Origin: Callorhinchus milii
Lineage: Eukaryota
Assembly (NCBI RefSeq): GCF_018977255.1
Contig: NW_024704743.1
Location: 104,780,001-104,844,000 of the forward strand
Reading direction: 5' to 3'
DNA length: 64,000 nt
How positions within the stretch are numbered: position 1 is the stretch's first letter; each line of letters opens with the position of its first letter. The position numbers and the translations under genes were made by a program. Shown one piece after another: positions 38,205 to 51,989 of the stretch. The notes under the pieces were generated by a model. It made no database searches. It had not been told where the DNA came from and was given only the letters and a program-made list of their open reading frames with translations.

Positions 38205-40521
38205 TAATACCAGGCTCAGATATTTGATGTTTTCATGGGTTTAGGATTACAAGTATTGTTTTAAAATCTAAGATTGTCCAGAACTTTGGAAAATTCCTAT
38301 TTTTTTCCATAAGAACTGCAGAAAAACAGCTTCCAATTTAAGAATTTTCTAAAATAGACATCTAAAATTTTGTGGCAGTGATCGTAAAGTTAAGAACTTA
38401 AAGTTTGGGGACTCAAATAATCTCTCAGATGGTCCAAAAACACCAGTCTTGCTTCACAGGATTCAGTTAAAGCAGTATCCTAATTTCACAAACTCTATTC
38501 TTCATAATCAACAGTACGGAAATCTTTGTTCCAAAAACATTATGCCAAAGCTGGGGGATTCAGAATGACAATTATTCGCTGAAATTTAGCTCTTTTGTGA
38601 AATGTTGCAATTTAGAATTAAATCAAGCAAAACATGCTCAAAACACATCATATATCACAAGGTTTCATAAAATTGCATTCTATACTGTAATACAAATTTA
38701 TATTTATCGTTTGAAGGATGTCTCAAGGTGCTAAACAATAATGCTTTATCACCGAAGCTGGGGGTGGGAGCCGGGAGGGTGCAGAGGAGAAATATGATCG
38801 AAAGCGCAGTCAAAGCGACAGGTCTTGTAGTTATTCAATGAACAAGGCAAACATTGACACACAGGAGCAAAGTATGAAAAATAACGTGCAGTAACGCACA
38901 ATTTTTATTTTAAGATATGAACTTAAAGTTTGCCTAAATGTAAAGCAGCAGCCTTTTGAGACGTATAACTTATCATAACATCATTATGTTGCAGCAAACA
39001 TTTATGCACTTTATGCATTTTCAGGTTATACCCATCAGAGCTTTGATGAGGAAGCCTTGAAAGAATACCCTGTACAGGGTCACCTCAGGATGCAGTGTAC
39101 ATTAACCAAATGCCAGTGGATGACACCTCAGCAGTCCCATTAAGATAGCGACCATCTGGCTTCATGGAGGTTTGAGGGGTGATATAGTATATATTCCCAG
39201 CAGAAAACAGAGGACTGCTATGGTTACAAGGTCAGTTCACCATTTAAGTCTATGGCAATTGGGCTCCACAGCTCAAGACTTTTTGGAATGTTCTTATTCT
39301 CCTGTATAGTTGTGGAAACCATACTCAATGATAACCAGGAGTGACATATGGAATTAAGGGCCGATTTGCAAAGTCTGGGATTGTATTGGGGAAGAGCAAA
39401 TTATATTATTTGTAGCAGATGAGTCCCCTTGATGTGTGATAGCCATTTGGAGGATGTCTCCATTTGCAATATTGCCTCCTGATGAACAATTGTGCATTGA
39501 ACTTGTTGTAACAGATGTTGCACATCTGTTTCCAAGGTTTCATCAGCTATACCAATACTATATATCACTTAAGAGACTCTCCTCCTCCAATGAGGTCCCA
39601 TTCGATTGGTGCTGTTCTAACCCTGCGATGAGGATGATAACAATTATCTGTGAAAATATAAGAAGACTTGCTCAATTCGTGGTTCAATTCAAATGACTAA
39701 ATTGAGCTTAGTGAGCTCACTGAAAGTAATGTATCATCGATTGTGGATAATTATTTTACATTATTATGAGGCATGACACACAATATGTACTGGTAGTTGA
39801 TAATACATAGCAAGAGTACACAATATGCATTGGTAATAGCTGAGACTGTATTCTGTGAAGTATCAGAGATGCAGGTATAAAAGAAAACACTTACCAAAAT
39901 GAGTGATGCGATAAGCAGGGTTAAATCTTACTTCCTTGATGTGGAATACTGAAGTACCCCCTCAGTTCTGTCTAGTTTTTATTCTTTGTCCATGCTTGTA
40001 TCTTTCACAGTCAGGCTATTGATGTAAAACTTATTCTCTGTCTTTGCCACTTGACACTGTTCCCGATACGTCTCCTTTCAGGCTTCTGGAATCCAACTAA
40101 CTTTACGAACATCATTTGTCTTCACTGCACTGGTACAGCGACATTTCCAACAGGTTTCCACTGCTGGTAGTTGGGAATTTGTGCCCAGAATTAAATCTTA
40201 GCATTTAACAAACTATTTGCCAAATCTTTTCAGTGAGAAATCAGAAACCCTTGATGTCTGCCAAGCGTCTACAATCAGTGCCTTTCTTCAATTCTCTCCT
40301 TTGTGCCAAGGAGAAAACAAAACTCATTTGCATAGGTCAAGTGACTCAATCTGTGTAGTTAACTCTGTTGATTCATTTTGTTGCTGTTGAATTCTGATTT
40401 AATGCCTTGATCCACTGACAAAGGTCTCCTTGTGCAGCATAACATAGCAGAGAATATCAACAATTATATTCTCAAAACTAGTCAAAAATATACTCTCTCA
40501 CCCCAACTACTATGAAGATAT

Positions 40522-41010
40522 AATAATAATACTACTGTACTTACATTTGGTATAGTGCGTTTCACATCAGGAGGGTTACTCAGTGTTTCATGGAATATAT
40601 TGTAAAGTGCAGTGATTGCATATTTTGTAGGTGAACACTGCAGCAAATTTGTGAACAGCAATGTCCCACAAATAGCCAAAAAGTGAATGACTAATTTTAT
40701 TCGGGAGATTGTTGGCCAGAACACGGGGAGAAACTCTATACTCAATTCAAATAATGCTGTAGGATCTTTAACGTATATCTGAATAGTCAGATGGGACCTC
40801 AGTTTAATGGCTCATCTAAAGGACAATATATCACTCCACCAGCACTGCTCTGGAGTATCAGCCTAGACAATGAGTTAAAAGTCCCGACATTGGATTTGAG
40901 CCCACAACAACAACTTGCATTTATACAATGCCCTCATGCAGCTTAGTGTCTCAGAGTTACAACCTTCTGACTCACTTGCAAGAATGCTATCAACCTAACC
41001 AAGCTGACAC
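40522..41010 (-). mobile_element. Full-length Deu-domain SINE containing a ~55-bp L2 tail insert
   Basis: Tail at about 40522, core ggatctttaacgtatatctgaatagtcagatgggacctcagtttaa, head accttctgactcacttgcaagaatgctatcaac. Confidence 0.8.
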
Positions 41011-43185
41011 AGAGTGCATTTCTAAAATTTCACTCTAATAGTGGATCATCTTTATCACATTCAGCCCTTTTACCAGCGTAAGATTGAAACACGTTAAATT
41101 CCTTTTGATTAAGTCAGCTTTTTTTAACTGCACAGGTGTCAAGGTGCTGGCTATTTGCAGTCTTATTCTGATTCAGTGTTTAATAAGGTGTCAACAAATA
41201 CTCATGAAGTTTATTTTACAAAAAAGGCCATGTTAGTATTCTGTGCTTAATGTTGAGATAACCTTCAAGTCCTTGAGACAAAATATCATACCTGCATAAA
41301 ATATAAAAATATATACTTAATGACAAATTCAAATAGATATTTTGGAACAATCTCAGACACTTACAAATGAGGAATGTATGAAAGTGGGATCCAATATTCC
41401 GATTTTGGGACATCACTTATGCACACAGTAAAGGCAGTGTTGGCAGATCTCACGACCTCCAACTCTCCTGCAGATGTCTGCTTATTGTCACGCTCCTGGC
41501 AAATCAAAGAGTATCCCATTCTACTACAGTTTCAGGAATTCTTATCACTAATAAAATAGAGCCATGTCCACTTCATTTCTGAAAGAGCATCAGCAAAGCC
41601 ATCTCTGAACACTGAAGTCTGACCCACCGAACAGCATCACGGTGAATAAAAAGCCAGGAAAACAAGAGAGGAAAGAGGGGAATTGGTTCATATTCTTCAG
41701 CAAAGAACAGCTTATTAACCTGTCAAAACTTGTTTCTGCATACCATGAGGATTATATGGATCTAACTGTTATACTCTACACTGAAACTAAACACTTCTCA
41801 TTAAACGTGTTCTCATTGAATAAAATCATTGCAAACGGCTTTGATGTAAAACAATAAAGTCTTAAAAGCTGGACATGATTTGTATGGGGAAAATGCAGTC
41901 GCTTGCTCATACAATTTTAAATTGTTAATATCCTCTCGTGTTTATTTCACTTTCTTTTAGATTGTTCAACAAAATAACAATTAACTAATTATGCTTTATC
42001 GTGGAGCCAGTGTCTCCAACACTAATTTAACTATACAATATGATGCCTGAAATCTATCTTCTCAGCTGGTGTCGATTTCCAGGTCTAAAAATACTGCTCT
42101 GAAGTCTGGGAGCACTGAATTTATGAGTGTGATTTTCATGTATATAGAATAACTTCTCAGAAATACAATAGTGCAATCAAGGTTTATGAAAAGGATACTT
42201 GTTGCCAGATTTAATGTTCCTTTCATAAAGCGATCTCAGCCCAGTGATCTGAAGAGTGAAAGCCCTTTTCTGACGAGTCACACTCTAACTGCATTTTTCA
42301 CAACTGAGAACCATTTCAGTAACAACCATTCAGTCCGTAACTCTTTTAATTTACAGATCACCCTTTCCCTAAAAGTAGAGCAATGTGATTTACTAATAAA
42401 GCAATGTGACCTCAGTGTATTTGTTGGCCCTGCCCACATTGAAACATGGCCATGATGACCAAGTGAAAAAGACAAACCTCTTGAACTTCCAGTGATCCCA
42501 TTACCAGTGCAGTGGGCCCCATTGCAGAAACATCGATCCATTACATTTGGCATTTTCAAGCAGCAGGAATTTATTCCTAATCTTTACAGGGTAGCAGACA
42601 CTAAGACAATACAAGATTATGCATTGTAACAGGATGCAAAACGTTATCAAAATTGGTTTTGAAATTGAATTTGCTGCCACTGATGTATACCATGATTTCG
42701 TCAGTGTTAAAAAATATTATCGCATTAGTCAGAGGAAAGCAGAACAACAACAAAAAATTACGTTTATATAGTGCCTTTCACGTCAGGAGGTTGTTCCAAG
42801 ACGAGGGTTTGGACCCATTCCATAATAATGGAATTACGTTACAGTTCTAAAGTACAATTACGAGGGAATTAAGAGTTAAAGATTTACTAATTGCAGGAAG
42901 TGCTGTGACATATGATGATCTCCACAAATGAGACTGTTGGAATAATTTATGAACAATGTAATTACAAGTAAGCTATGGGATGTCTCAAATCGGATACATA
43001 GTCAAACATTGTGCCTCTACCAGTTACAGCATTTTTGTTGCCGACTTTCAACTAGAAAGAGGAGGAATTTAAATGGATAGCTTTTTGTACTTTTGTAGTC
43101 CATAAGATCAGCTCAAACAGCTTTGTGTATACACAGCTTCAGTGAATGGTGCAGCAGATTTTTTAACTAGAACAGGGGACAGAGC

Positions 43186-43272
43186 CATGGACCCGAAACG
43201 TTGACTCATCAGCCTTTCTCCATAGATCCTACCTGTTCTGCTGAGTGTTCCCAGCAGCTTTTGCTTTTGTTA
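43186..43272 (+). mobile_element. Penelope-like terminal fragment
   Basis: tggacccgaaacgttgactc...ctgctgagtgttcccagca. Retains the 3' half of the hammerhead (GAAACGUU-GACUC) but lacks CUGANGA. Confidence 0.65.
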
Positions 43273-43448
43273 AAGTATTTATGTACTTCAGTGTTTTGAA
43301 CAAATTACTTTAATGTCTAATGAGTGTTGCTAAGTCTAAAAACATGACAACTAATTGGTGCCCCAGTAATGTCCCACAATCAGCAATGAGATAAGTGACC
43401 AATTTATCTGTGTTGCACTGCATTTGGATGAGAAATAATCTTAAAGGC

Positions 43449-43810
43449 AATAATCCTTGCATTTGATACAGGGTCTTTTCACGTCTTCGAGACGTCTGAA
43501 AGCACATCACAGAATATATTGTAAAGTGAATGGACTGTATATTTTGTGGGTGAAACGTGGCAGCTATTTGCACACAGCAGTGTCCCATAAACAGTCATGG
43601 ATTGAAGTGACCACTTTATTATTTGTTTTGAAGGAATTATTACCCCCGGAAAAGTGATCTGCCAATCGACTAACAACCGGATTCCTACTTACTGCTAGAT
43701 AAACAGAGGCGTATGGAGTAAGGAAACTTGCCCAACATTTTACCTACCAGGAATCGAACCAAGGTCTCTCGCTTGCAAGGCAAGTGCTCTAACCACTCAG
43801 CTACAGGACT
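43449..43810 (-). mobile_element. Full-length young tRNA-derived SINE
   Basis: Colinear reverse-complement match to 22914-23283. Confidence 0.88.
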
Positions 43811-43899
43811 CTGAATTTCACCTGCCAGATAGTGTATCAGAAGACCTGATCTTTGATACTATTGTGCCCCTTTAGGATTTAAGCAAATGATAAACAAGT

Positions 43900-44086
43900 A
43901 GTTTCTCTTCGACCGTGCCTTCAGCTCCCCTCTCGACTCTCTACCCCCTCCTCGCTCCCTCCCTTCCCTCCACTCACCCTGACCATTTCCCCACTGCTCG
44001 GGTCCCGACCCAACTGTCCAGCGCCTTGGGACGTCCTCCCGATGTGAAAGGCTCTCTATAAATGAAATCTTGTTGTTGTTGTTGTA
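43900..44086 (+). mobile_element. L2 3' UTR/tail fragment
   Basis: tttctcttcgaccgtgccttc...cagcgccttgggacgtcctcccgatgtgaaaggctctctataaatgaaatc(ttg)n. Confidence 0.8.
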
Positions 44087-45705
44087 GTTAAATGTTTGAA
44101 TTATTGTATTTATCAAGTGAACTGTCTGTTTACATGTAAGTACGGATCATGGACTTATCTTATATTGTGATTGTCTAATAATCAGGTGTTAATTTACGTC
44201 TAATTCTACTTCCAAGTCTTGTATGAGACCTCCATTGTGTAGATAGGTCTGGTATGTGATATGACAGTTATCACCGTTATAAAAATGTTGGTTAGATTCC
44301 ATTCAGCCCAACGGCCCTGTAAGGCAAACGATCACACGTGGACAGAAAATGTAGTTAACACATTCTTAAAGACTGTCATAAGAGTTTTTGGACTGAACAT
44401 CCATTCCTTCCCCCCCTCGCCTCCACACCACAAGATCTGGAGAATGGATTTGCAGATTCCAGAGCAATGCCATGTTTGCTTTCAGAGAGTGAGTATTCAG
44501 AACCTGACATTATTCCCAGTGGAAGCAATGATTAAACCCTGCTTCACCAGCCAGTGAGTTAATTTTAAGAATGGGTGCCTTTATGTATCTGATTCCTTCC
44601 AATTTGTTGGTAGTCTCCTAGACAACAATCTTACACTTGTATATTGTTCTTTCCTTCATTTCTTTGTATTTTGGTTACAAATCAAGTGTAGTAGTCTAAA
44701 AGACAGCAACCCTGGACGGGTAAGTATCATTAAAGTCACTTTTCATTCATAAAAATAAAAACTTGGGCATTCTTCAGTCAAGATATTGTCAAAAACGGGA
44801 GAAAATTAAAGTGAAAATATTTTTGTTGCAAAATAACGTGGGTAAATTTAGTGAAACCTGGTTAAAAATCTGCCATTGGTTTACATTTACTGTCCATGTC
44901 AAAGGTAGGTACATTACATCTTTCTGACCACAACAGCATCGAACGCAATCTAGTTTTGGAGTGTAGTTCCCACAAGTCAGTGTGATGTACATGATGTACT
45001 TCTAGATACCAGAAGGAATTCATGCTTGGGACAATATTGTGTGCAAATTGGCTGCTGTGTTTGCCAGCAAAACAGTTAATGTATTTTACCGTTAAATCCT
45101 GTGAAGTGCTTTGAGACATCCTCCTGAAGTGAAAGGCCATATATCAAGTGCAAAGATTATCATTATTATACCACAGAATCAAATGAGGGTACTTGGAAGG
45201 TGTCCCAATATATTAGACTGAATTCAACAACAGATAAAGGAAATTTATTCAGGAATGTAATAATTGGTGCGGTGAAATTGGAAGTGATTGCTGCGGTTAA
45301 ATTATTAGTTAATGGTATGTTGCGCACGGCACAATCAGAAAGCATATTGAAAAGCAAACCAGCAGACTAAATAGCAGATCACAACATTAATGGTACATTA
45401 TACAAATGCTTTTAGTCACACAAGAAACTGTTATAATTCATCCTGGGAATAAACTATAACATGTATTGCTCCCATCATTGGTGTTTTAGGAGCACTTCAT
45501 GTTATAGTTTATTCCAACGGGGTGTGAATTGCAACCTGTGATTGTATGGTGTTAATAAACATAGTGTTAAAATGCAGCTAGTTGATGTATCAATATACTG
45601 ACTCCTCAACTTCATCACAATGCCTGAGCCCAAAGCTGCTTTCAGTTAAACTGGTTCCCCACAGGCCGTTCTGTCTGATGACCAAGGTGTAATATCCTCA
45701 GTAGT

Positions 45706-46088
45706 GGGAGATGAGCTCAGTGGTTAGAGCGCTCGCCTCGCCTCGCAAGTGAAAGACCTGAGGTTGATTCCTGCCAGAGTGAAATATTTGACAAGATTCC
45801 TTGTTTCATGCGCCTCTGTTTACCTAGTAGTAGTAGTTGCTACCTGGTTATTAGTCAATAGACAGATCGCTTTTACAGGAGTATAATTCCTTCAAAAAAA
45901 CCAAAATAATAATAATAAATTGGTCACTGCTGTTTGCGGAACACTGCTGTGCGCAATTGGCTGCCGCGTTTCACCCACAAAATATACACTCAATTCACTT
46001 TATAATATATTCTGTGAAGAGCCTTGCAACATCTTGAAGATGTGATAAGGCTCTATATCAAATGCAAGGATTAGTATTATTATTATTA
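45706..46088 (+). mobile_element. Full-length young tRNA-derived SINE
   Basis: gagctcagtggttagagcgctcgcctcgcctcgcaagtgaaagacctgaggttgattcctg...cctctgtttacctagtag...tatcaaatgcaaggattagtattattatt. Confidence 0.88.
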
Positions 46089-47849
46089 AATGGGGAAAGG
46101 AGAGTGGAGTTCTGTCTCACATAAGTCCATAGTACTCCATGGCACAGCTGATAATTGAACCTAAATGAATAAGCAGTATTGGGTTGGCACTTGTCTCATA
46201 GTGGAACATTACATTGTTTGAGCTGTTTCATTTCTAGCACAACCTTAAGTGTGCACTTTGGGGTTCCTAATATCCCACTTCTTCCAATCTGAGCCAATGT
46301 TCTCCTGTGATAGGCAAAGTGGTGTGTATAATGGGAAAACAACGTATTCAGTTTCCAATTACTATCCCCAGCCCCCTATTCCCTGTCTCCCATGGAGAGA
46401 TTGCACACTCCAGATCTGACAAGCAGAACCCACGCTTGGGAAATCTCAGCAGCTGGAATTGAGTCACTGAAGCAAGGCAAGGAGTTTCAAAGGATGACCC
46501 TAAAAATATGAATAAACCTTCTTCAGGAAAATAAAGGCTACGGGAAATGGATAATATGATTTACATTCAATACAGCTATCAGAGTAATGAGTGAAGTGCT
46601 GCTGTGCAATTATATAGATAACTGAACCAACTCATTGTGATGCCTTCCAAGTATTGCTTTAAATCTATTTATCTATCGATATATGATATCCTGAGCTCAA
46701 TGTTCAATACAAAGAATTAAAATCTTAAGGCAAGCTTGAATAGCAATGGTGGGCACACAAAGGCCTGTAAAACGCAGGACAAGTTGAAAGACTGAAGGTA
46801 TCAGAGATCAATGTTATGTGTTAATGATTCAGCCTACCCTTAATTTGCCAATGCACTAACATTGGAAAGATGTCCATTTTGTACCTAAATGATTAATGAT
46901 CTTATTTCCCTCCTATGACACAACATACCCAGAGTGCAATAAACATTCACAAATTTAAAAATGCAATAAGAAATCAGTTCTGTTTTGTAAATCTCCACTT
47001 GCTTAATACTTCAGCTGAAAGGGGAGCAGATGTTTGGAGATCATCCAGATATGAGCATTAAAACAATTTCAATCTTTCTTAAACTCCAAAGGTATAGGGA
47101 TTCGAAACCATAGTATTTCTGGACACGTTCCTGTTCTTATTTAAGAAATAACATTAAAATGCGCATTAATTCCACGTTTCTCCTTCGTAATTTCTAAATA
47201 ATGTTACCACCCAAACGCATCTTCAAATCCTTGGGTGCCTCCATCTGGGATTCACGGTTAGTTGGCAATTATTTTTGACTGTCGAGAATGACCTGTCTGA
47301 GCTTTTTCTGATCTTACAGATCTAAACTTAATCTGTGTTAGGACAGCATTCGATCAATAAGCCTTGAGAGAATGCTTGCCACATTCTCAAATAAACAAAC
47401 CAGGTCCCACTGAAATCTTTCAAAACATAATTTTTACCATTCTTTAAATATGTAATTCTGTAATTTTAGATTTGCAAGGACATTTCTCTAACTATTGTAG
47501 ATACATAGACAGAAAAAAAGCAACCATCCATTTCATTCTCTAAAAGAATCAATTCCCTCACTCCACTTCCCCCTTATGATGTGACATTGGATCTGATGCA
47601 GACTATCCAAAATCAGTGGTGAACAACAGAAGTCAATACCACTGTACAGATTAAGATGAAGAGTCCTTACTTCAGTCTTCATACCATGAGTCTCTTAATA
47701 AATAACCTATTGAATTATAAAGTAGTGTGTGGTTTTACATTGTATGCAATTAAAAAATTAAATAAGTCATGCTTGTCTCCCAAGATTGTAGTTCATTAAA
47801 TAAAATATTTTTNAGTTTGCCATTTCTTTTTATCAAGTACTGTTGCTCC

Positions 47850-48227
47850 AATTGATTGTGTTCAAATCCATTAATTCCCTGATACCTGCCTACCTCTCTG
47901 ACCTCCTCACTCCCCAATCCGCCACCTCCGCTTTACTAGAACTGGCCTCCTGCTCGTCCCTCGCACCCTCCTCCCCACCGTCAGAGATTGTGCTTTCAGC
48001 TACTACGCCCACTACGCCCCAAAACTCTGGAACACTTTCCCTCAATCCCTCTGCCTTGTCCCCTCTCTCCCCCTCTTTCAAGTCCCGCCTGAGAAGTTTC
48101 CTCTTCGACCGTGCTTACGGCCATCTCCTGCCTACCCCTGGCTCGGAGTCAGGCTCCGCCACTGTTAAGCGCTCTGAGATCCTACCCTGCGTGGAGGGCA
48201 CTATATAAGTGCAAGTTGTTGTTGTTG
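47850..48227 (+). mobile_element. L2-clade LINE 3' fragment
   Basis: LIVFKSINSLIPAYLSDLL...AFSYYA..PKLWNT...FKSRLRSFLFDRAY (frameshifted), tail ggcactatataagtgcaag(ttg)n. Confidence 0.88.
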
Positions 48228-48311
48228 TAATGTGGGATGACATGATGGGCATGGAATACATTCATTGATTTTCCCAATTCTATTCAATCAACTCTTGAAA
48301 TCTTTCTGTAT

Positions 48312-48678
48312 CAATCCTTACATTTGATGTAGTGCCTTTCACGTCAGGAAGACAAATTGCCTCGCAGGATTTACTGTAAAGTGTAGTGATTGTGTATTTT
48401 GGGAGTGAACATGCAATATCTCCCAAACAGCCATCATTTGAAGGACCAATTTTATTTGGGTAACTGTTGCTGGGGCATCAGGAGAAATGTCCTTATCTTT
48501 TCAAATAGTGCCATGCGATCTTTAACATCCACCTGAATAGGTACCTCTAACAATGCACTACTCCAGCAATGCATTGAAATGTCAGCCTATACGAGTTCAA
48601 AGTACCAATGTAGATTTTGAATCTACAAACTTCTGACTCAGAGGCAAGAGTGCTACCAGTTGAATCAGATTGACACAC
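48312..48678 (-). mobile_element. Deu-domain SINE
   Basis: atagtgccatgcgatctttaacatccacctgaa...cttctgactcagaggcaagagtgctacca. Confidence 0.8.
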
Positions 48679-49682
48679 GATGTACAGCAAGAGCAAAGGT
48701 TCCTTTGACATGTAGGGCTGTCCACTGAATAAGGTATAGACATTTGAATAAACAGGGTTTTATGTATACTTAGCAAAACGAGTGCTGTCCTAAGCATTTT
48801 ACCAGCTAACATTGGGCTCTATACAATAGAAAGGAATTTCAAAAATATGTTCTGCTATTTCAGCAATAGTTTGCATTGTGGTGCAAGCTAGGACAGGTCT
48901 AACTTATCCCGTCAAGGAAAGTTATTTCTGCATAGATTGACTGACAGCAAGCTTAAACGGTTTGACCTCTGAAGAAGACACCATGCAATTCTGGGAGGTA
49001 TCTGCCAATGAATCAATATGGATGGTGCACTTTTCAAATTGCTGGGGCATGCTTGCTTGAAAGCCTTCAAGGGACAGTGCACCCATTCTCGATTCTATTT
49101 TTGCTATGTATTTTATCAGCATGAGTAATGCAAGATGCAACATAGTTGTCCATCTGAGTGCACCACAGCCTTCTCAGCACTTACCAGTTTCATTCAAATG
49201 TCAACCTTAGGAGCGCAAGCAGCTCTTTGCAGCAAACATCGTCAACTGAAGGGGAGCTGCTGACAGATCTGTTTCCTGGAACTACTACACAGGGTGAGAC
49301 AATACCGTGCTCTCAATGGGTTAAAAGAAACTTTTAATGATCAGCTCTGAGGCCTCAGGCCTACCCTTCTCGTTAAAAGCTCATGTGGGCAATGAGAGCA
49401 TGCTTTTCAGTCCTCCTTAGTGGATAAATCCTGTGAAACTAGTTAATAAATAAGAACAAACTCAGAGCACAATGTAAATTTACAAAATTAAATGCTCCTG
49501 TAAGGGACAATAACAATTGTAATGCTAGTATCTGAATAGGAACAAACCACTACTCAATTTCTTAAGCACAGGAAATCTTTAAAACTGCTGTAAATTTTAC
49601 CCTCATATTGATTTATGTCTGCCTGAGTGGTTGGGTTTTTTTTAATGCATATGTAAACAGTTACCCAGTTGAAGCATCTCAT

Positions 49683-49895
49683 GGTTCAGGTGGATGTTAA
49701 AGATTCCATGATACAGTTTGAAAAGAGAAGGGAGTTTCTCCTGGTGTCCTGGCCAACAATCCCCCAAATAAAATTGGTCATTTCTGAATGGCTCTTTGTG
49801 AGATTTTGCTGTGCACAAATTAGCTGCTACATTTGCCTACAAATATATATAGTCATTACACTTTACAGTAATTCCGGTGAAGCACTTTGAGATGG
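49683..49895 (+). mobile_element. Deu-domain SINE 3' half
   Basis: gttcaggtggatgttaaagattccatg...gggagtttctcctggtgtcctggccaacaatccc...gtgaagcactttgaga. Confidence 0.75.
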
Positions 49896-49939
49896 CTTGA
49901 TAGTGGGGTGAGTACTATGTATCAATTTTTGAGGGGTCA

Positions 49940-50158
49940 GCCGGGTATCTGACATGTGCAGAAACCCATTACTCTGCTCAAGAGTATCCCAACCAAACCA
50001 AGAGTTCCAGGCATCCCTCCTGTACATGGAAATTTATTGGAATGGAATCTGCAGTCTCTCCCTAGAGGGATGTGTCCTGCTTACCTAATTCCAGAGAGTA
50101 TTAGGTGCAGGTTGGAAAGAGCCAAGTTTTGGGGACCCCAGAGTGAGTGTTGGTGTAA
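49940..50158 (+). repeat. Unclassified old interspersed repeat; other copies about 3455-3565 +, 6820-7055 +, 13500-13590 +, 29922-29980 +, 46240-46425 -
   Basis: Shared blocks ggt(a/g)tctga(ta)catg(t/c)g..gaaacc(c)at...aag(a/t)gtatc and ccagagagt...gcagg(a/g/t)tgg.aa...ttgg(g/a)(g/a)accccaga. Confidence 0.6.
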
Positions 50159-51989
50159 CAATGGAGTTTTTATTTTTAAAAGGTTAATATTGTAAACAAT
50201 TAAGCATGTGCTTCCTGGATTTTAGACAAGATACAAGTTTCCTGTAAGCTTCACTGCAGATTGCAAATATATTGGCTTTATGAAGCATTTCCCAGTTACA
50301 GACACTTGTGTTTTTAAATCAGTAGCTTAAACATTGTGAACAAAAATAATGCTCTGTCATCAGTTTTAAAGCTATGGTGTGATCTGCCAGTTAACAGAGA
50401 ACCCCAGTGTTGGGGAAATCCTTTGTGTACAAGCTACTGTGTATTTTTTCCCGTTTTTTCCTTCATGATTAATTATGGTGAAATAAGCAGACTAAAATGT
50501 GTTTACTCAGTATCACATTCATTTCCTCCACATATTATCTGCAGTGAAATAAATGTCAGCGGGCAAACAACACGACTTGTGCAGACAGTAACCTCTGCTC
50601 AGTCTTTCACTGGATTTGGCTCAGGATATGGAAAAGCTTCTTATTTTTCCAACCTGGTCAGTCTGTGTTTGAAGGAAATTTCCATTTAGTTGAGGAACAA
50701 GAATAAGTTCAATCTATTAAGTTTTGCCTGAATTTGAAACAAACCAGAGAAACAACATTAAGTTCTAACAATCTAATTTGCAATGTTTGCAAAATGTTTA
50801 ATTGCCAATGTCTAATTTTCCTACAATGATAGACCAACCTCTATTCTTCCCAGCACAGAGGAGTTTTCAGTCTAGCTGGCTATCACAGAAAATAAAGTTG
50901 ATTTGAAAATTCCTCAAAGAGGTGATTCCATCCCTTTAAGAAAGCTTAAACTCCCTGAAGATCAAGATTCATTTTTGTTTTGCCAGCATTGAATTACATT
51001 TTAGATAAACCAGCAACACTGGATTATATTGTGGTTTGAAATTTAATCCTTCTGTTTTGTATTTAATTTTACTTGATCTTCTCTTTCGATCAAATAATGC
51101 TGCTGGGGATGTTCAAGTGACAGTGAAGTGGAAAAGAACTGGAGATGATGCTTCGACCTAGCACCTAGGAGTGAAGAGCTTTTATATCACATGTCAACAT
51201 TAATAAACTCTTCCCATTATTCCAGTTATGGTCTGCTGAATTTAATTTAAACAAATTCATCACATTGAATGAAAGGACAAACATCTTTTGCCATCAGTAA
51301 CTTGGAATTGAGCCTTTCAAGAGCAGCTCTCCATAACTATTTTTATTGTAAAGATTTCTGTGGTCACCTTTGAAATGACAAAGCAGCTGTTGTTTGTATA
51401 CATGACCTTATTTTTAACCTTCTTATTTTGCCAATATTCTCTCCTTCACCTTTCTTTCCCAAAGGTATGATCCCTAGATTCCTGAAAGCTTTCCATCGCC
51501 CAAGGGTCCTATCCACATGTGAACCTAGAGCATCTGCAGCCTTGGGAGAATGAAGCAATTATACACTGACCTCCAATTACCCCATTCCATTCATTCTCAC
51601 TTTTACAGACACTGCAGGGACACTCATTGTGAAATGAAGCTGTAAACCTACTGCCTACAGGGCGATCTGGTCATATCTTCCTAAACAAATATACTACATC
51701 ACTCCAGAGTTGAACCATCTAATAAAGTATGTGCAATATTGCATCACTGATAAGCATCAAGTTAGAAACTTGGACTCAACAACAATTGGCACTTATGTAT
51801 CACCTTTCAAATCGGCATTTGTCCAAATGTTGAGTGGTGACAGGATTAGACTTAATTGTCTGTTCCTCACTTGATTGTCATGCCAGCATTCCTGAGTTGA
51901 AATTCTGGTGACTGTTATGCATAGCACCATTGACAATTTCAACTTCCAATGGGTTTTTCTCCAATATACTACTTCTAGTGGGTGTTAGA

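Noticed and set aside
39889-40160. Minus-strand GTAAGT donor preceded by LTLLIASLIL, resembling a signal-peptide exon
   Set aside because: Upstream frames contain stops, there is no suitable ATG, and the peroxidasin LRRNT cysteine motif is absent. A non-coding exon cannot be excluded.
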